Positions 53,668 through 64,000 are shown, numbered from the stretch's first letter. The stretch: 64,000 bases of DNA from Longimicrobiales bacterium (GCA_965248195.1 CBDFIQ010000002.1:1312001-1376000), one strand, 5' to 3'. Program-made: numbers and translations. Notes: a model not told the origin generated them from the sequence alone.

Positions 53668-55164
53668 ATGAACGTTCGTTGCGTGTCATGCGCCGGCGCG
53701 ACCAGCCACGACACTCCGCTCTTGGTCCTTCCCGTTCACGAGTCCGAGGAGGAGGCCGAGGCTCCAAGAGCGGCGGTGCTCGCGCCAGCCGGGCTCTCAG
53801 AGGTGCTTGCCGGCGCTTTTCCCGTGGAGGATTTAAAGCACAAGCCCGGTGAAAGCACCTTCGTCTATTTGAACGAGGGCGGCGGCCCCCGGCGTGTGCT
53901 TCTTCTTGGAGCCGGGAAACCGTCGGGCTTCGACCTCGAGGCGGCACGACGCTTTGCGGGCCACGCGGTCCGGGCGGCGGAGTCCGTCGGGGTCTCGGGC
54001 CTTACCGTGTATCTCGGATCGGGGGTGTCCGTGGATGCGGTACAGGCCGCCGCCGAAGGCGCTGTTTTGGCGGCGTGGCGATTCACGGAGATGAAGAGGC
54101 AGGATGAGGACGGCGCTCCCGCCGTGGTGGGGGAGTTCGAGGTCATGGTCGACCCCGAGGATCTCGACGCAGGCGAGACCGGCGTCCAAGCTGGTGGCGC
54201 CGTGGGACGGGCTGCCAACTTCGCTCGGACGTTGCAGTCGCGACCTGCTAACGTCGCGACGCCCTCGCATCTGGCCGACGAAGCGTCGACAATGGCCGGT
54301 GAGCACGGCCTGGAGGTCACCGTGATGGGGCCTGAAGAACTCGAGGCGGAGCGCATGCATGCGCTTCTGGCCGTCGCTCAGGGATCGGATGAAGAACCGC
54401 GTCTGATCGTGCTGCGCCACAACGGGGGGGCCGACGGCGAGGCGCCCCTGGTCCTGGTGGGGAAAGGACTCACGTTCGATGCGGGTGGGATCTCGATCAA
54501 ACCGGCCAGCGGTATGGAGGAAATGATCTTCGACATGTCCGGGGGTGCCGCTGTCATCGGAGCGATGCAGGCTGTTGCCGAGTTGAAGGTCCCGCTCAAT
54601 GTGGTGGGAATCGTGCCTTCGTCCGAGAATCTGCCCAGCGGACGGGCCATGAAGCCGGGCGACATCATCGGGTCACGAGAAGGTAAGACCATCGAGGTGG
54701 TCAACACCGATGCCGAGGGGCGCTTGATTCTTGCGGACGCTCTCTCTTACGCACAGGGTCTCAGCCCGGCTGCGATCGTCGACTGTGCGACGCTCACGGG
54801 GTCGGTGGTCATCGCATTGGGTCACCACGCCGCGGCTGTCTTTGGCACGGATGAGGAGCTCGTCGATGAGTTGAGGGAGGCGGGAGACCGGTCCGGGGAG
54901 CGCTGTTGGCCTCTCCCGCTCTGGGACGACTATCGGCGGCAGCTCGACAGCGAGGTCGCGGATCTCGTCAACATCGGAGGCCGGCCGGGCGGGAGCATCA
55001 CCGCGGCTTGTTTCTTGAAGGAATTCGTGGGGGAGTGCCGTTGGGCGCATCTGGATATTGCGGGTACGGCTTACGGCGAGGGCAAGCTCTCCTACCAGCG
55101 GAAGGGCGCGGCCGGCTTCCCCACGAGGCTTCTTGTCGAATGGGTGCGGAGTCGAGCGCGGTGA
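53668..55164 (+). CDS. pepA: Leucyl aminopeptidase (M17)
   Basis: GKGLTFDAGG, NTDAEGRL and HLDIAG motifs. Confidence 0.95.
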   Translation: MNVRCVSCAGATSHDTPLLVLPVHESEEEAEAPRAAVLAPAGLSEVLAGAFPVEDLKHKPGESTFVYLNEGGGPRRVLLLGAGKPSGFDLEAARRFAGHAVRAAESVGVSGLTVYLGSGVSVDAVQAAAEGAVLAAWRFTEMKRQDEDGAPAVVGEFEVMVDPEDLDAGETGVQAGGAVGRAANFARTLQSRPANVATPSHLADEASTMAGEHGLEVTVMGPEELEAERMHALLAVAQGSDEEPRLIVLRHNGGADGEAPLVLVGKGLTFDAGGISIKPASGMEEMIFDMSGGAAVIGAMQAVAELKVPLNVVGIVPSSENLPSGRAMKPGDIIGSREGKTIEVVNTDAEGRLILADALSYAQGLSPAAIVDCATLTGSVVIALGHHAAAVFGTDEELVDELREAGDRSGERCWPLPLWDDYRRQLDSEVADLVNIGGRPGGSITAACFLKEFVGECRWAHLDIAGTAYGEGKLSYQRKGAAGFPTRLLVEWVRSRAR

Positions 55165-57131
55165 AGCGCCCGCTCCGACGACTTCTCGCGCCCCGGGCTC
55201 AGAAGGCCGGGGCGTTCTACGTTGGAGCGATATTTTCCGCGGCCTTCATCCCCTTCCCTGCGGGGGCGCAAATCCCAGGCATCGCGGGCCCACCGCCGGA
55301 TACGGTTCTGGCCGACGCCGACTCCACCGGGCGGGCAGCCGGACCGGCCGAGGCCGATTCCAGCACGATCCTCGCCGATTCCAGCGCGATCCTCGCTGAT
55401 TCCAGCGCGATCCTCGCCGATTCAGGTAGGGTGGCGCCCAAAAGACTGCCGGTGATCTCATCCGGTCCGGGGCCCTCGTACGGGTTGGGCGTCTGGTCGT
55501 GGGATCGCGACGCACTCCAGTCGACGAGAGCGGTCACCCTTGCCGAGCTCGTCGCCCTCATTCCCGGCGTGATCGCCCTAAAGGGGGGTGACTACGGGAC
55601 CCCGGTCACCGTGATGTCGTTCGGGGCGGGAGGCGGCCGGGTCCGGGTCATGTGGGATGGCTTCGAGTGGGTACCGCTCGACGGTGGGGTGCCCGACCTG
55701 TCCCGAATTGGCCTCGCGGGCTTGGATGAGGTCCGAGTGGAGCGACACCCGGGAGAGTTACGCATCGAGCTCAGAACCAGAGAGCCGACGGCACCGGATC
55801 CCGTCAGCCTCGTGCATGTGGGGACCGGCGATCTGGGGACCAACCTCCTCAGTGGTGTCTTCGTCCATCCCAACGCTTTCAAGGGGGCGTTCACCCTGGC
55901 CTTCGACCGTGTGGAGACACGAGGCCCCGGCCTGGATGCCGGCGGCTCATTGAGCGGCTTCGCGCTCCGATACGCGATCTCCCGTGGGGATCGGGGTGGC
56001 ATCGTGGCGGAGATGAGGCGATTCGCTCCCCGCACGGACGTCGCTGACCTCGTCACCGGCTTGACGCGGAACGACTGGAATGTTCGAGCCCGGTGGCGCC
56101 TCGCCGAAGGGTTGATCGGGGAGGGCTATTGGGGTGCTTCCTCGTTGGCCGGAGGCCCAGAGGAGCCGGTCTTTGGTGCGCTCGATATCCGTCGTACCCA
56201 ACTCGGACTCCGGACCAAGTACACCGTCGGAAACCTGTGGGCTCAAGGCTCGGCGCGCCGATTCTCCGGCCACGGGGTGCCGGGTGAGAACTATGAAGTA
56301 GCGGCGGGAGGTGCTCGAGCGTCGGTGGCATCACTGGATGGATCGCTGCGAGTCGAGCGGTGGGCCGGCCGGTACGCCAGGTCCTGGAGGGCGAGGATCG
56401 AAACGGCACCCCTCTTGGGATTTTCGTTGTTCGCCTCCTATGAGGATGGAGAGACCGGAGCGCCCTTCGTGTCGGAATACGAAGCGTACCTCCGGTCTCT
56501 CAGGGTGGCCCCCCCGCTTCAGCTGGACCCTATCGAAAAACCGCGTCCACGCTTCACGAACCGTACGGCGATCCGAGCCGGTGGCAGGCTTTCTTGGCGA
56601 GGCCTGAATCTCTCCGGAGCCTGGCTGTCGATGGAGGCGGATTCGCTCCGTCCTCTCGGGCTCGCTCTCGATCCCGACGGGATCTCTTCGCCTGGAGGTG
56701 AGCGAATGGGCTTCGAAGCGACGGCCAGCATACCGCTCCCCTTGTCGGGTTTCGTGCTCCAAGGGGCCGTTCAAGCGTGGAATGGCGATCTCGCGTACCT
56801 TCCGAAGCGTCTCTGGGACGGGGCGCTGACGTATCATGGGATTTTCAAGGAATCGCGAAACCTGGAGCTATGGGGCGGACTGGGTGTGACCAGCCGAGAT
56901 CCCATGCCGATCGGGATTCTGGAATCCGGTGTGGATCCCGCCCTCCTGGATCTCATGGTCGTGCCCCTTTCGGAGGAGTGGTACACACATGTTCAGGTAC
57001 GGATCGTCACGCTGAGCGTCTTCATCCGCTGGGAGAACATCAGGGGCAAGAGCGACAATGTGGATTTCCCCAACCGTCAACAGCCTCGATTCCGCACGCT
57101 GTACGGGGTACGCTGGGTCATGAGCAACTAG
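55161..57131 (+). CDS. Outer-membrane protein with plug-like domain and beta-barrel
   Basis: Signal peptide, LAELVALIPGV plug-like segment, alternating beta strands and C-terminal YGVRW. Confidence 0.65.
   Translation: MKRPLRRLLAPRAQKAGAFYVGAIFSAAFIPFPAGAQIPGIAGPPPDTVLADADSTGRAAGPAEADSSTILADSSAILADSSAILADSGRVAPKRLPVISSGPGPSYGLGVWSWDRDALQSTRAVTLAELVALIPGVIALKGGDYGTPVTVMSFGAGGGRVRVMWDGFEWVPLDGGVPDLSRIGLAGLDEVRVERHPGELRIELRTREPTAPDPVSLVHVGTGDLGTNLLSGVFVHPNAFKGAFTLAFDRVETRGPGLDAGGSLSGFALRYAISRGDRGGIVAEMRRFAPRTDVADLVTGLTRNDWNVRARWRLAEGLIGEGYWGASSLAGGPEEPVFGALDIRRTQLGLRTKYTVGNLWAQGSARRFSGHGVPGENYEVAAGGARASVASLDGSLRVERWAGRYARSWRARIETAPLLGFSLFASYEDGETGAPFVSEYEAYLRSLRVAPPLQLDPIEKPRPRFTNRTAIRAGGRLSWRGLNLSGAWLSMEADSLRPLGLALDPDGISSPGGERMGFEATASIPLPLSGFVLQGAVQAWNGDLAYLPKRLWDGALTYHGIFKESRNLELWGGLGVTSRDPMPIGILESGVDPALLDLMVVPLSEEWYTHVQVRIVTLSVFIRWENIRGKSDNVDFPNRQQPRFRTLYGVRWVMSN
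55353..55424 (+). repeat. 21-bp tandem repeat encoding ADSS(T/A)IL x3.4
   Basis: gccgattccagc(a/g)cgatcctc units. Confidence 0.9.
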
Positions 57132-57158
57132 TCACCCTTCTAGAGACTTGTTACGCAG

Positions 57159-58052
57159 ATGATCAGAAGCATGACGGGCTTCGGAGAGGCCGAAGAGGTG
57201 ACTGAGGCAGGCGTCGTGCGCGTCGAGATCAAAACCGTCAACCATCGGTTTTTCAACGCGAACATACGAACTCCCACTGGCTTCGATCGCCTCGAGAGCG
57301 ACATCCAGTCGTGGCTCAGGCCATTTCTGAGTCGGGGCCACGTTACGTACACGCTGTCCATCGATCGGGATAGGACAGCGGCGAATGACGCGCTCCCGGA
57401 GCTGGATCTGGAGCGCGCGAAGCGGTACCGCGAGCTTCTCGAAACCCTTCGGCGTGAACTCGGCGTCGAGGCTGCGGTAGATCTGTCGCACATCTCCGGT
57501 TTCCGTGAGATTTTCCGGGCTCCGGAGCGGGAAGACGCGTCGGCCCAGGTGGAGGGGGAGGTGATCCGGAGCCTGACCCAAGCCGCGGCCGCGGAGGTGG
57601 TGGCATTGCGGGAAGCCGAAGGGACCCGGCTCCAACGAGACCTGGAAGAACATCTGCGGGCCGTCGAGGAGGCACTCGTCCGAGTTGAGGCATATGCCCC
57701 GCAGCGCCTGATGGCGGAGCGTGACAGGTTGCGCGCCGCCGTGGCCGAGCTCACCGAGACGCACACCGTCGACGAGGACCGCCTGACGAGGGAGATCGCG
57801 TATCTCGCCGAAAAGTGGGATATCAATGAAGAGATCGTACGATTCCGCTCACACGTCGAACTCTTCAATGAGGCGCTGCAAGCTGAAGCCAGTGAGCCGG
57901 TCGGGAAGAGACTCGGCTTTGTGGTCCAGGAGATGAATCGGGAGGCCAACACGATCGGGTCCAAGGCCAATGACGCACAGATCGCGCACACAGCCGTCAC
58001 CCTCAAGGAGGAGGTCGAACGCCTTCGGGAGCAGTTGGAGAACGTCGAGTGA
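57159..58052 (+). CDS. yicC: YicC/YloC family endoribonuclease
   Basis: MIRSMTGFG and QEMNREANTIGSK motifs; yicC-gmk-rpoZ-coaBC synteny. Confidence 0.95.
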   Translation: MIRSMTGFGEAEEVTEAGVVRVEIKTVNHRFFNANIRTPTGFDRLESDIQSWLRPFLSRGHVTYTLSIDRDRTAANDALPELDLERAKRYRELLETLRRELGVEAAVDLSHISGFREIFRAPEREDASAQVEGEVIRSLTQAAAAEVVALREAEGTRLQRDLEEHLRAVEEALVRVEAYAPQRLMAERDRLRAAVAELTETHTVDEDRLTREIAYLAEKWDINEEIVRFRSHVELFNEALQAEASEPVGKRLGFVVQEMNREANTIGSKANDAQIAHTAVTLKEEVERLREQLENVE

Positions 58053-58717
58053 GTTCCCTCGTGCACCGGACCTGCCCCGTCGTGCTCGCGGCGCCCAGCG
58101 GGGCCGGCAAGACCTCGATCGCGAGAGCTCTGGTAGAGACCAGCGCAGACGTCGTCTTCTCGGTTTCCGCGACCACGCGGCCCGCCCGGGACCACGAAGT
58201 GGACGGCGTCGACTATCACTTCCTGTCCGAGACGGACTTCCGCGCAATGATCGAGGCGGACGAATTCGTCGAATGGGCCGAGGTGCACGGCCACCTGTAC
58301 GGGACGTCCCGCCAGGCGCTTCAGGCCGCTCTCGACGACGGGCGATTCCTGATCCTGGATATCGACGTTCAGGGTGCAATGCGGATGCGCGAAAGGGTCC
58401 CCGACGTGGTGCTCGTGTTCGTGCTTCCGCCCTCGGCGGACGCTCTGGTGGAGCGGCTCACGGAGCGGGGCAGCGAGGGAGAAGACACCGTGGCCCGCCG
58501 GATCGAGAACGCCCGCGGCGAGCTGGAGCAGGCGGCCCAATTCGACTATATCGTGGTCAACGAGAACCTCCAACAGGCTATCGACGAGGTTCGGAGCATC
58601 GTGTCCGCCGAGGGCCGGCGCGCGGATCGAGCCATCGACTTATCGAACAGGATTCGCCAACTTCAAGGCCAGATTGATCGAATTCTCGCGGAAGATTTCG
58701 GCTTCCCGGGAAAGTGA
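58049..58717 (+). CDS. gmk: Guanylate kinase
   Basis: APSGAGKT, TTRPAR..EVDGVDY and DIDVQGA motifs. Confidence 0.96.
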   Translation: MSSLVHRTCPVVLAAPSGAGKTSIARALVETSADVVFSVSATTRPARDHEVDGVDYHFLSETDFRAMIEADEFVEWAEVHGHLYGTSRQALQAALDDGRFLILDIDVQGAMRMRERVPDVVLVFVLPPSADALVERLTERGSEGEDTVARRIENARGELEQAAQFDYIVVNENLQQAIDEVRSIVSAEGRRADRAIDLSNRIRQLQGQIDRILAEDFGFPGK

Positions 58718-58774
58718 CACGACGTAAACGTCTGACATAGAACAGCATAGAGGGCTTGGCCCGGGAGTTCCACC

Positions 58775-58990
58775 ATGCGCGTATTCACGCCCGACGAGTC
58801 CGCCCGACACACGCAGAGCAAGTATCTCGGCGTGCTGGTGGCGGCCAAGTACGCTCGGGAGCTTAATTCCTTGCCCAGAGAGACCCTCCCCCTCGGGGAG
58901 GAGAAGAAACTCACCACAAAATCCCTCGAGGCGCTTACTTCGGGTCAGATCGAGTTCCGCCTGGTCGGTCGCAGGCGTCGGGAGGACTAG
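58775..58990 (+). CDS. rpoZ: RNA polymerase omega subunit
   Basis: SKYLGVLVAAKYAREL; position between gmk and coaBC. Confidence 0.85.
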   Translation: MRVFTPDESARHTQSKYLGVLVAAKYARELNSLPRETLPLGEEKKLTTKSLEALTSGQIEFRLVGRRRRED

Positions 58991-59008
58991 AGAGGCCCGT
59001 CATAGGAC

Positions 59009-60240
59009 GTGTACTTCATCCCCGGCGACCGTGGGAGGGACGAAGGATCGTCCTCGGCGTCACCGGAGGCATCGCCGCCTATAAGGCCGTTCAGCTCGCC
59101 CGAGACCTGACGCGGCTCGGCGCCGTGGTCGACACGGTCCTTACCCCAGGCGCGCAACGGTTCGTCCAGCCTCTCTCGTTCGAGGGGGTCACGGGCCGCT
59201 CCTCCGCGACCGACCTCTTTTCTACCGAGGGAGCCGCTCTCCACATCAAGCTCGGGTCCGAGGCCGACGTCGTATGTGTGGCGCCCGCAACGGCCGACCT
59301 CATTGCGCGGGCGGCTCAGGGGCGGGCCGACGACCTCCTCACCACTACGTTACTGGCGACGAGGGCCCCGGTGCTTATTTGTCCGGCGATGAACGACCGG
59401 ATGTATTCCCACCCGCAGACGCAAGCCAACCTCCGTCACCTACAGGAGGCGCTCGCATACCGAATAGCCGGGCCCGGAACCGGCCCACTGGCGGTCGATG
59501 AGGGGAGCGGCCCCGGGCGGATGTTGGAGCCGCACGAGATCGTCGAGGAGATCGGCCGGACGCTGTCAGAGGCGTCTCCGCTGCGGGGGAAGAGGGTGCT
59601 CATCACGGCCGGCCCTACCCGCGAGGCGATCGATCCCGTGAGGTTCATCGGCAATCGCTCCTCGGGCCGGATGGGTTTGGCCCTGGCCACCGCGGCGTGG
59701 CGACGCGGAGCGGACGTGAAGGTTGTCGCGGGCCCCTTGGCTCTTCCGAATCCTTACGGCGTAGAGGTGCTCGATGTCGAGACCGCCCGGGAGATGCTCG
59801 AGTGCGTTTCGGAGCACCTTCCGGAGGCGGACGTATCGATCTTTGCCTCAGCGGTGGCGGACTACGGCCCGGCCCATCCCTCGGAAAAAAAACTGAAAAG
59901 GGCCGACGTGGGACCGGAGATGATCCTCACGCTCGCCGAGAATCCAGACGTGGCGGGAGAGACGCGTGCCGTGCGTAAAAACGGGTCAGTTTCGGTCGGG
60001 TTCGCGCTCGAGACGAATTCCCTCCTGGAAAATGCTCGGGCCAAGCTCGAGTCCAAGGGTTTCGATCTGATCGTCGCCAATGAGGCGGAGGCGGAGGGTG
60101 CTGGATTCGAAGTAGATACGAACCAAGTGGTGCTGCTCGGCGCGGACGGAGAGACCGAGGAGCTTCCTCTCTTGGCCAAGGATGAAGTCGCAGAGGTGAT
60201 CCTCGACCGTATTTCAGGGCTCGTGGAATCCGGCGGGTGA
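59009..60240 (+). CDS. coaBC: Bifunctional phosphopantothenoylcysteine decarboxylase/synthetase; apparent -1 indel in the C-run at 59020-59023
   Basis: GVTGGIAAYK (upstream of the track start), PAMN, ITAGPTRE.IDPVRFI.NRSSG and VGFALET motifs. Confidence 0.92.
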
Positions 60241-61031
60241 GTGTCGATCCGAAGGATATCCGAGACGTTGTACACTTTCTGCGGCAGCGGGAGGACCTGG
60301 GCCCCGACGAAATTTTCCTGGAGAGGCTCACGCGGGACCAAGTACTCATGGCCGTGGCCGAGGCCCGTAGGGGCGCCCAAACGGCAACGGCGGGTGCCCC
60401 GGAACGCGAGATTGCCCGTGCCGATCCGGGCGAGGGTGATGGCTCGGAGATGTCATCACCCGGAGTCGATCTGACACGCCTGAAATACTCGGAGCTAAAG
60501 GCGGTGGCCGAGTCCTGCCAACGGTGCCGGCTGGCCAAGGGCAGGACCCAAGTCGTCTTCTCCGATGGAAATCCCCAAGCGCGCCTCATGGTGGTAGGGG
60601 AGGCGCCCGGCGCCAATGAAGACCGCACCGGTCTGCCTTTCGTCGGCCAGGCGGGCAAATTTTTGGATCTCTTGCTCGCGGCGGTGGATCTCTCGCGAAA
60701 GGACTCGGTCTACATCTGCAACGTCCTCAAGTGCCGGCCGCCCGGAAATCGTGACCCTATGGCGGACGAAATCGAGCTCTGCTCACCCTTTTTGAAGCGT
60801 CAGATTGCACTGGTTGCGCCAGAGGTTATTCTGGCTGTCGGTACCTTCGCAGCGCAGTTGCTCACCGGGAACAACCGCTCGCTCGGAAAGCTCCGAGGCT
60901 CGGTGTACGCCTATGAGGGCGTGCCGTTGGTGGTGACGTATCACCCTGCTGCGCTGCTGAGGAATGCGGGCTGGACCCGTTCCACCTGGGACGATCTCCA
61001 GCTCCTTCGACAGGTCATGGACGGAAGCTGA
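60237..61031 (+). CDS. Family 4 uracil-DNA glycosylase
   Basis: CQRC, GEAPG, PFVG.AG, KCRPP and HPAALL motifs. Confidence 0.93.
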   Translation: MSVDPKDIRDVVHFLRQREDLGPDEIFLERLTRDQVLMAVAEARRGAQTATAGAPEREIARADPGEGDGSEMSSPGVDLTRLKYSELKAVAESCQRCRLAKGRTQVVFSDGNPQARLMVVGEAPGANEDRTGLPFVGQAGKFLDLLLAAVDLSRKDSVYICNVLKCRPPGNRDPMADEIELCSPFLKRQIALVAPEVILAVGTFAAQLLTGNNRSLGKLRGSVYAYEGVPLVVTYHPAALLRNAGWTRSTWDDLQLLRQVMDGS

Positions 61032-62446
61032 TGGAGACTGCGTCAATCCCCGCCGCGGTGCCCGAATACGATCGGCAGGCGCCGTACTCGTTGGAGGCCG
61101 AGATCTCGGTCCTCGGAGGCATGCTCATCGACAACGATGCGGTTGCAAAAGCGATCGAGGTCGTCGATGACTCCATGTTCTACCGGGAGGCCAACCGCCG
61201 CCTCTTCCGAAGCATGGTGCGGCTTTTTGAGCGCGGCGATGTCGTCGACGTCATCACGCTCAATGAGGATCTCAAGAACACGGGTGAGCTCGAATCTGCG
61301 GGCGGGGCGCCTTACCTCGCCGAACTCCTCGACGCAGTCCCGACCGCTGCCAACATCGAGTACCACGCCCGAATCGTCCGCGACAAGGCGCTGCTCAGGC
61401 GGCTCATCGACGCCGCGTCCGACATCATCCGGGACGTGCACGACCAGGGGGAGCGCTCCGTCGAGCAGGTCATGGATCAGGCCGAGCAGAGGGTATTCCG
61501 CGTTGCGGAGAGCCAGGCCCGGCAAGGTTTCGTTTGGATAAAAGAAATCCTCTGGCCCACGTTTGAACACATCGAGCGTCTTCAGGAGTCTGCAGGTGGG
61601 GTCATCGGGGTCCCGACGGGCTTCAAGGACCTCGATCGAATGACGACCGGCCTCCAGAATGGAGATTTGGTGATCGTCGCGGGTCGCCCCTCGATGGGAA
61701 AGACGTCTTTGATTCTGAACGTGGCACAGAGCGCTGCCATCGAGCACAACGTCACGGTCGCCATCTTTTCACTGGAGATGTCCAAAGAGCAGCTTGTGCA
61801 GCGCTTTCTTTGCGCTGAAGGCCGGGTTGACGCGCAGAAGCTCCGTCGTGGAAAGATGAGCCCCGAAGAGTACCAGCGGCTTGCCGCGTCGGCCGGGCAT
61901 TTGAACACCGCGCCCCTCTGGATCGATGATTCGCCGGGGAGCACGGTCCTCGAGATGAGGGCGAAGGCGCGGCGGCTCAAGGCCGAGACCGATCTTGGGC
62001 TCCTGATCATCGACTACATGCAACTCATGACGGGCAGCGCTCGCTCGGAGAACCGGGTCCAGGAAGTGAGCGAGATCTCGAGGGGCCTCAAGGCGCTGGC
62101 GAGAGAGCTGGAGGTTCCGGTCGTCGCGCTCAGCCAGCTCAGCCGGGCGCCGGAGCAGCGGACGGACCGACGTCCGCAGCTTTCGGATCTCAGAGACAGC
62201 GGATCCATCGAGCAGGATGCCGATCTGGTCATGTTTCTGTACCGACCCGAGTACTATTTTGGCCCGGTGGACAAGGACGGGAACTCGCTCGATGGGAAGG
62301 CGGAGCTGATCGTCAGCAAACAACGGAATGGCCCGACCGGTCTGGTCAACCTTTACTTCCACAAAGCCTACACACGCTTCGATTCGGTGGCCCAAAAATC
62401 GTCCGGGGATGAGGGTCCGGGGCTCGGCGCGCGCGACGGGCCGTGA
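61031..62446 (+). CDS. dnaB: Replicative DNA helicase
   Basis: GRPSMGKT, FSLEM, IDYMQL, LSQLSR and LRDSGSIEQDAD motifs. Confidence 0.97.
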   Translation: METASIPAAVPEYDRQAPYSLEAEISVLGGMLIDNDAVAKAIEVVDDSMFYREANRRLFRSMVRLFERGDVVDVITLNEDLKNTGELESAGGAPYLAELLDAVPTAANIEYHARIVRDKALLRRLIDAASDIIRDVHDQGERSVEQVMDQAEQRVFRVAESQARQGFVWIKEILWPTFEHIERLQESAGGVIGVPTGFKDLDRMTTGLQNGDLVIVAGRPSMGKTSLILNVAQSAAIEHNVTVAIFSLEMSKEQLVQRFLCAEGRVDAQKLRRGKMSPEEYQRLAASAGHLNTAPLWIDDSPGSTVLEMRAKARRLKAETDLGLLIIDYMQLMTGSARSENRVQEVSEISRGLKALARELEVPVVALSQLSRAPEQRTDRRPQLSDLRDSGSIEQDADLVMFLYRPEYYFGPVDKDGNSLDGKAELIVSKQRNGPTGLVNLYFHKAYTRFDSVAQKSSGDEGPGLGARDGP

Positions 62447-63171
62447 GCCGGCCCACGGGCGCTCCATCGAATTCAGAGGGGGGGGAGTTCACCGTCGGCG
62501 TGGTGCTACCGGCCGCGGGATCCGGGCGGCGCATGGGAGGGATGGCAAAACCGTTTCTCGAGCTTTGCGGTGAGCCGGTCTTGATGCGAGCGTTGCGGCC
62601 GTTCCTCGATCACCCTGCGGTTCGGGAGGTGGTCGTGTCTCTCCCGACCGCCCAGGCCGAATCCCCCCCTGCATGGTTGATCGAAGCCGACCGGAGAATC
62701 CGAGTCGTTACGGGTGGCGTGACTCGGCGAGACTCCGTATGGGCCGGCCTTCAGGCACTGTCGGAGGCGCTCGATGTGGCTGTCGTGCACGACGGGGCCC
62801 GCCCGCTCGTCTCTCGAGAGGTCGTCGGCCGGTGCATCGAAGTGGCGGGAGGTGGGGTGGGGGCGGTCGCGGGCGTTCCCGTGGTCGACACGATGAAGGA
62901 GGTCGACGACGGCGGGCACGTGGTCGCCACGCCGGATCGGTCGCGTCTCTGGCACGCGCAGACGCCCCAGGCGTTTCCGCTCGGTATGATCATGGACGCG
63001 TATCGCCGGGCCTTCACCGAGGGTTTTCCCGCGACCGACGACGCGGCTCTCGTGGAGAGGGTAGGAGGCAGTGTGGTGATGGTGGCGTCGTCAGGAGATA
63101 ATGTGAAGATCACGCGGGCGGAGGATCTCGAAAGGGCCGAGTTGATGTTGTCGCGCCTGGAACGGTGTTGA
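62443..63171 (+). CDS. ispD: 2-C-methyl-D-erythritol 4-phosphate cytidylyltransferase
   Basis: PAAGSGRRM, VHDGARP, QTPQAF, TDDA and NVKIT motifs. Confidence 0.95.
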   Translation: MSRPTGAPSNSEGGEFTVGVVLPAAGSGRRMGGMAKPFLELCGEPVLMRALRPFLDHPAVREVVVSLPTAQAESPPAWLIEADRRIRVVTGGVTRRDSVWAGLQALSEALDVAVVHDGARPLVSREVVGRCIEVAGGGVGAVAGVPVVDTMKEVDDGGHVVATPDRSRLWHAQTPQAFPLGMIMDAYRRAFTEGFPATDDAALVERVGGSVVMVASSGDNVKITRAEDLERAELMLSRLERC

Positions 63172-63187
63172 AGGGAAGCGTAGCGCC

Positions 63188-63850
63188 GTGACCGGGCCTA
63201 AAGTCATCGATTTCCGAGAGTGGACGCGAACGGCGGATACCCTCGACTCCGTATTGGCCCACCTGAGGCGGGGAGGGTTGCTGGCGTATCCGACGGAAAC
63301 GGTGTACGGATTCGGCGGCCTCCCGACCCCCGCGGTCATTGAAAGGCTCGTGACACTCAAGAAACGTGAGCCGACGAAGCCCATGCTGTTATTGGTTCAG
63401 GACGGGGAAGCCGTGAGTGATCTGACCTGGACGCCCGAGGCGATCGAGTTGGCGGACGTCTTTTGGCCAGGCTCGGTCACGCTTGTTTTGTCCGACCCGG
63501 GAGCCCGGTATCCGGAGGGGGTTCGAGGATTGGACGGGGGCGTCGCCGTCCGCGTGAGCCCCCACCCTTTGGTCCGGGAGTTGGTCTCCGGAGTCGGTGG
63601 CCCCATCGTATCAACCAGTGCCAATCGGCCCGGGGAGGCTCCAGCTTTGGATGCTCAGGGTGCTCTCGGCGCTGCTCTCGCGGCCGGGGCGGGAGAGGAT
63701 TTGTGGGTTCTCGACGGGGGAGCTCTGGAGCCCTCTCTGCCGTCCACGATCATCGACTGCTCGGGGCCAGAGGCCGTGGTTCTGCGCCAAGGCGCGATCC
63801 CCTTGGGGCGGGTTCGCTGCGTACTCCCTGGTGTCCATGACAGGAAATGA
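63188..63850 (+). CDS. tsaC: Threonylcarbamoyl-AMP synthase (YrdC/Sua5)
   Basis: YPTETVYG, K.R...KP, WPG and STSAN motifs. Confidence 0.9.
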   Translation: MTGPKVIDFREWTRTADTLDSVLAHLRRGGLLAYPTETVYGFGGLPTPAVIERLVTLKKREPTKPMLLLVQDGEAVSDLTWTPEAIELADVFWPGSVTLVLSDPGARYPEGVRGLDGGVAVRVSPHPLVRELVSGVGGPIVSTSANRPGEAPALDAQGALGAALAAGAGEDLWVLDGGALEPSLPSTIIDCSGPEAVVLRQGAIPLGRVRCVLPGVHDRK

Positions 63851-63851
63851 C

Positions 63852-64000
63852 ATGAATGATCAGGCGACCTTCAGACTCCTGTTCGTGTGCACGGGCAACA
63901 CGTGCAGGAGTCCGCTGGCTCAGGCGATCGCCGAACGTTCGTTGGGGCTGCGGGGGTGGGATGGCGTGGAGATCCGATCGGCGGGCGTCTCGGCGTCCCC
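63852..64000 (+). CDS. Low-molecular-weight protein Arg/Tyr phosphatase, partial
   Basis: LFVCTGNTCRSP P-loop; runs off the window. Confidence 0.9.
   Translation, partial: MNDQATFRLLFVCTGNTCRSPLAQAIAERSLGLRGWDGVEIRSAGVSAS

Noticed and set aside
54520..54540. PepA MIFDM instead of MKxDM as inactivation
   Set aside because: Metal-binding and catalytic motifs (K..TFD, K, D, DAEGR) are intact.

Overview
High-GC bacterial chromosome segment; gene content and style suggest Gemmatimonadota (inference only). It has three parts. (1) 1-23.4 kb: mostly core and metabolic genes: TRAP permease 3' end, MFS transporter, two paralogous 4-TM proteins, enoyl-CoA hydratase, CoA-transferase, DUF3500-like protein, GNAT, a frameshifted class-V aminotransferase, ispG, gltX, a LexA-like repressor lacking autocleavage residues, tadA, a GHL10 lipoprotein, NhaC, pyrRBC, rpsT, an M50 protease, scpAB, rluB and tRNA-Ile2(CAT). 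(2) About 23.5-49.4 kb: a decayed, tRNA-anchored genomic island. It holds an integrase remnant, 3 identical-looking IS3 copies with atypical ends, 1 IS5, 4 IS256 copies plus an end fragment, and many IS-broken cargo genes (cyclase-TM fusion, Ig-like lipoprotein, Ser/Thr kinase-TPR with two small 'DPRIRN' paralogs, orphan ImuB-like gene, excisionase-like HTH). The most notable cargo is a Zorya/MotAB-like pair with inverted architecture: a ZorB/MotB-like protein with a long 52-aa-repeat stalk, followed by an IS256-interrupted ZorA/MotA-like protein whose tail carries the same repeat. (3) 49.4-64 kb: core genes: Fe3+ ABC components with a Fur-like box, icd, pepA, an outer-membrane plug/barrel protein, yicC, gmk, rpoZ, coaBC, UDG, dnaB, ispD, tsaC and a partial LMW phosphatase. 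No CRISPR array or rRNA gene was seen. Several single-base frameshifts, including one in essential coaBC, may be assembly errors.
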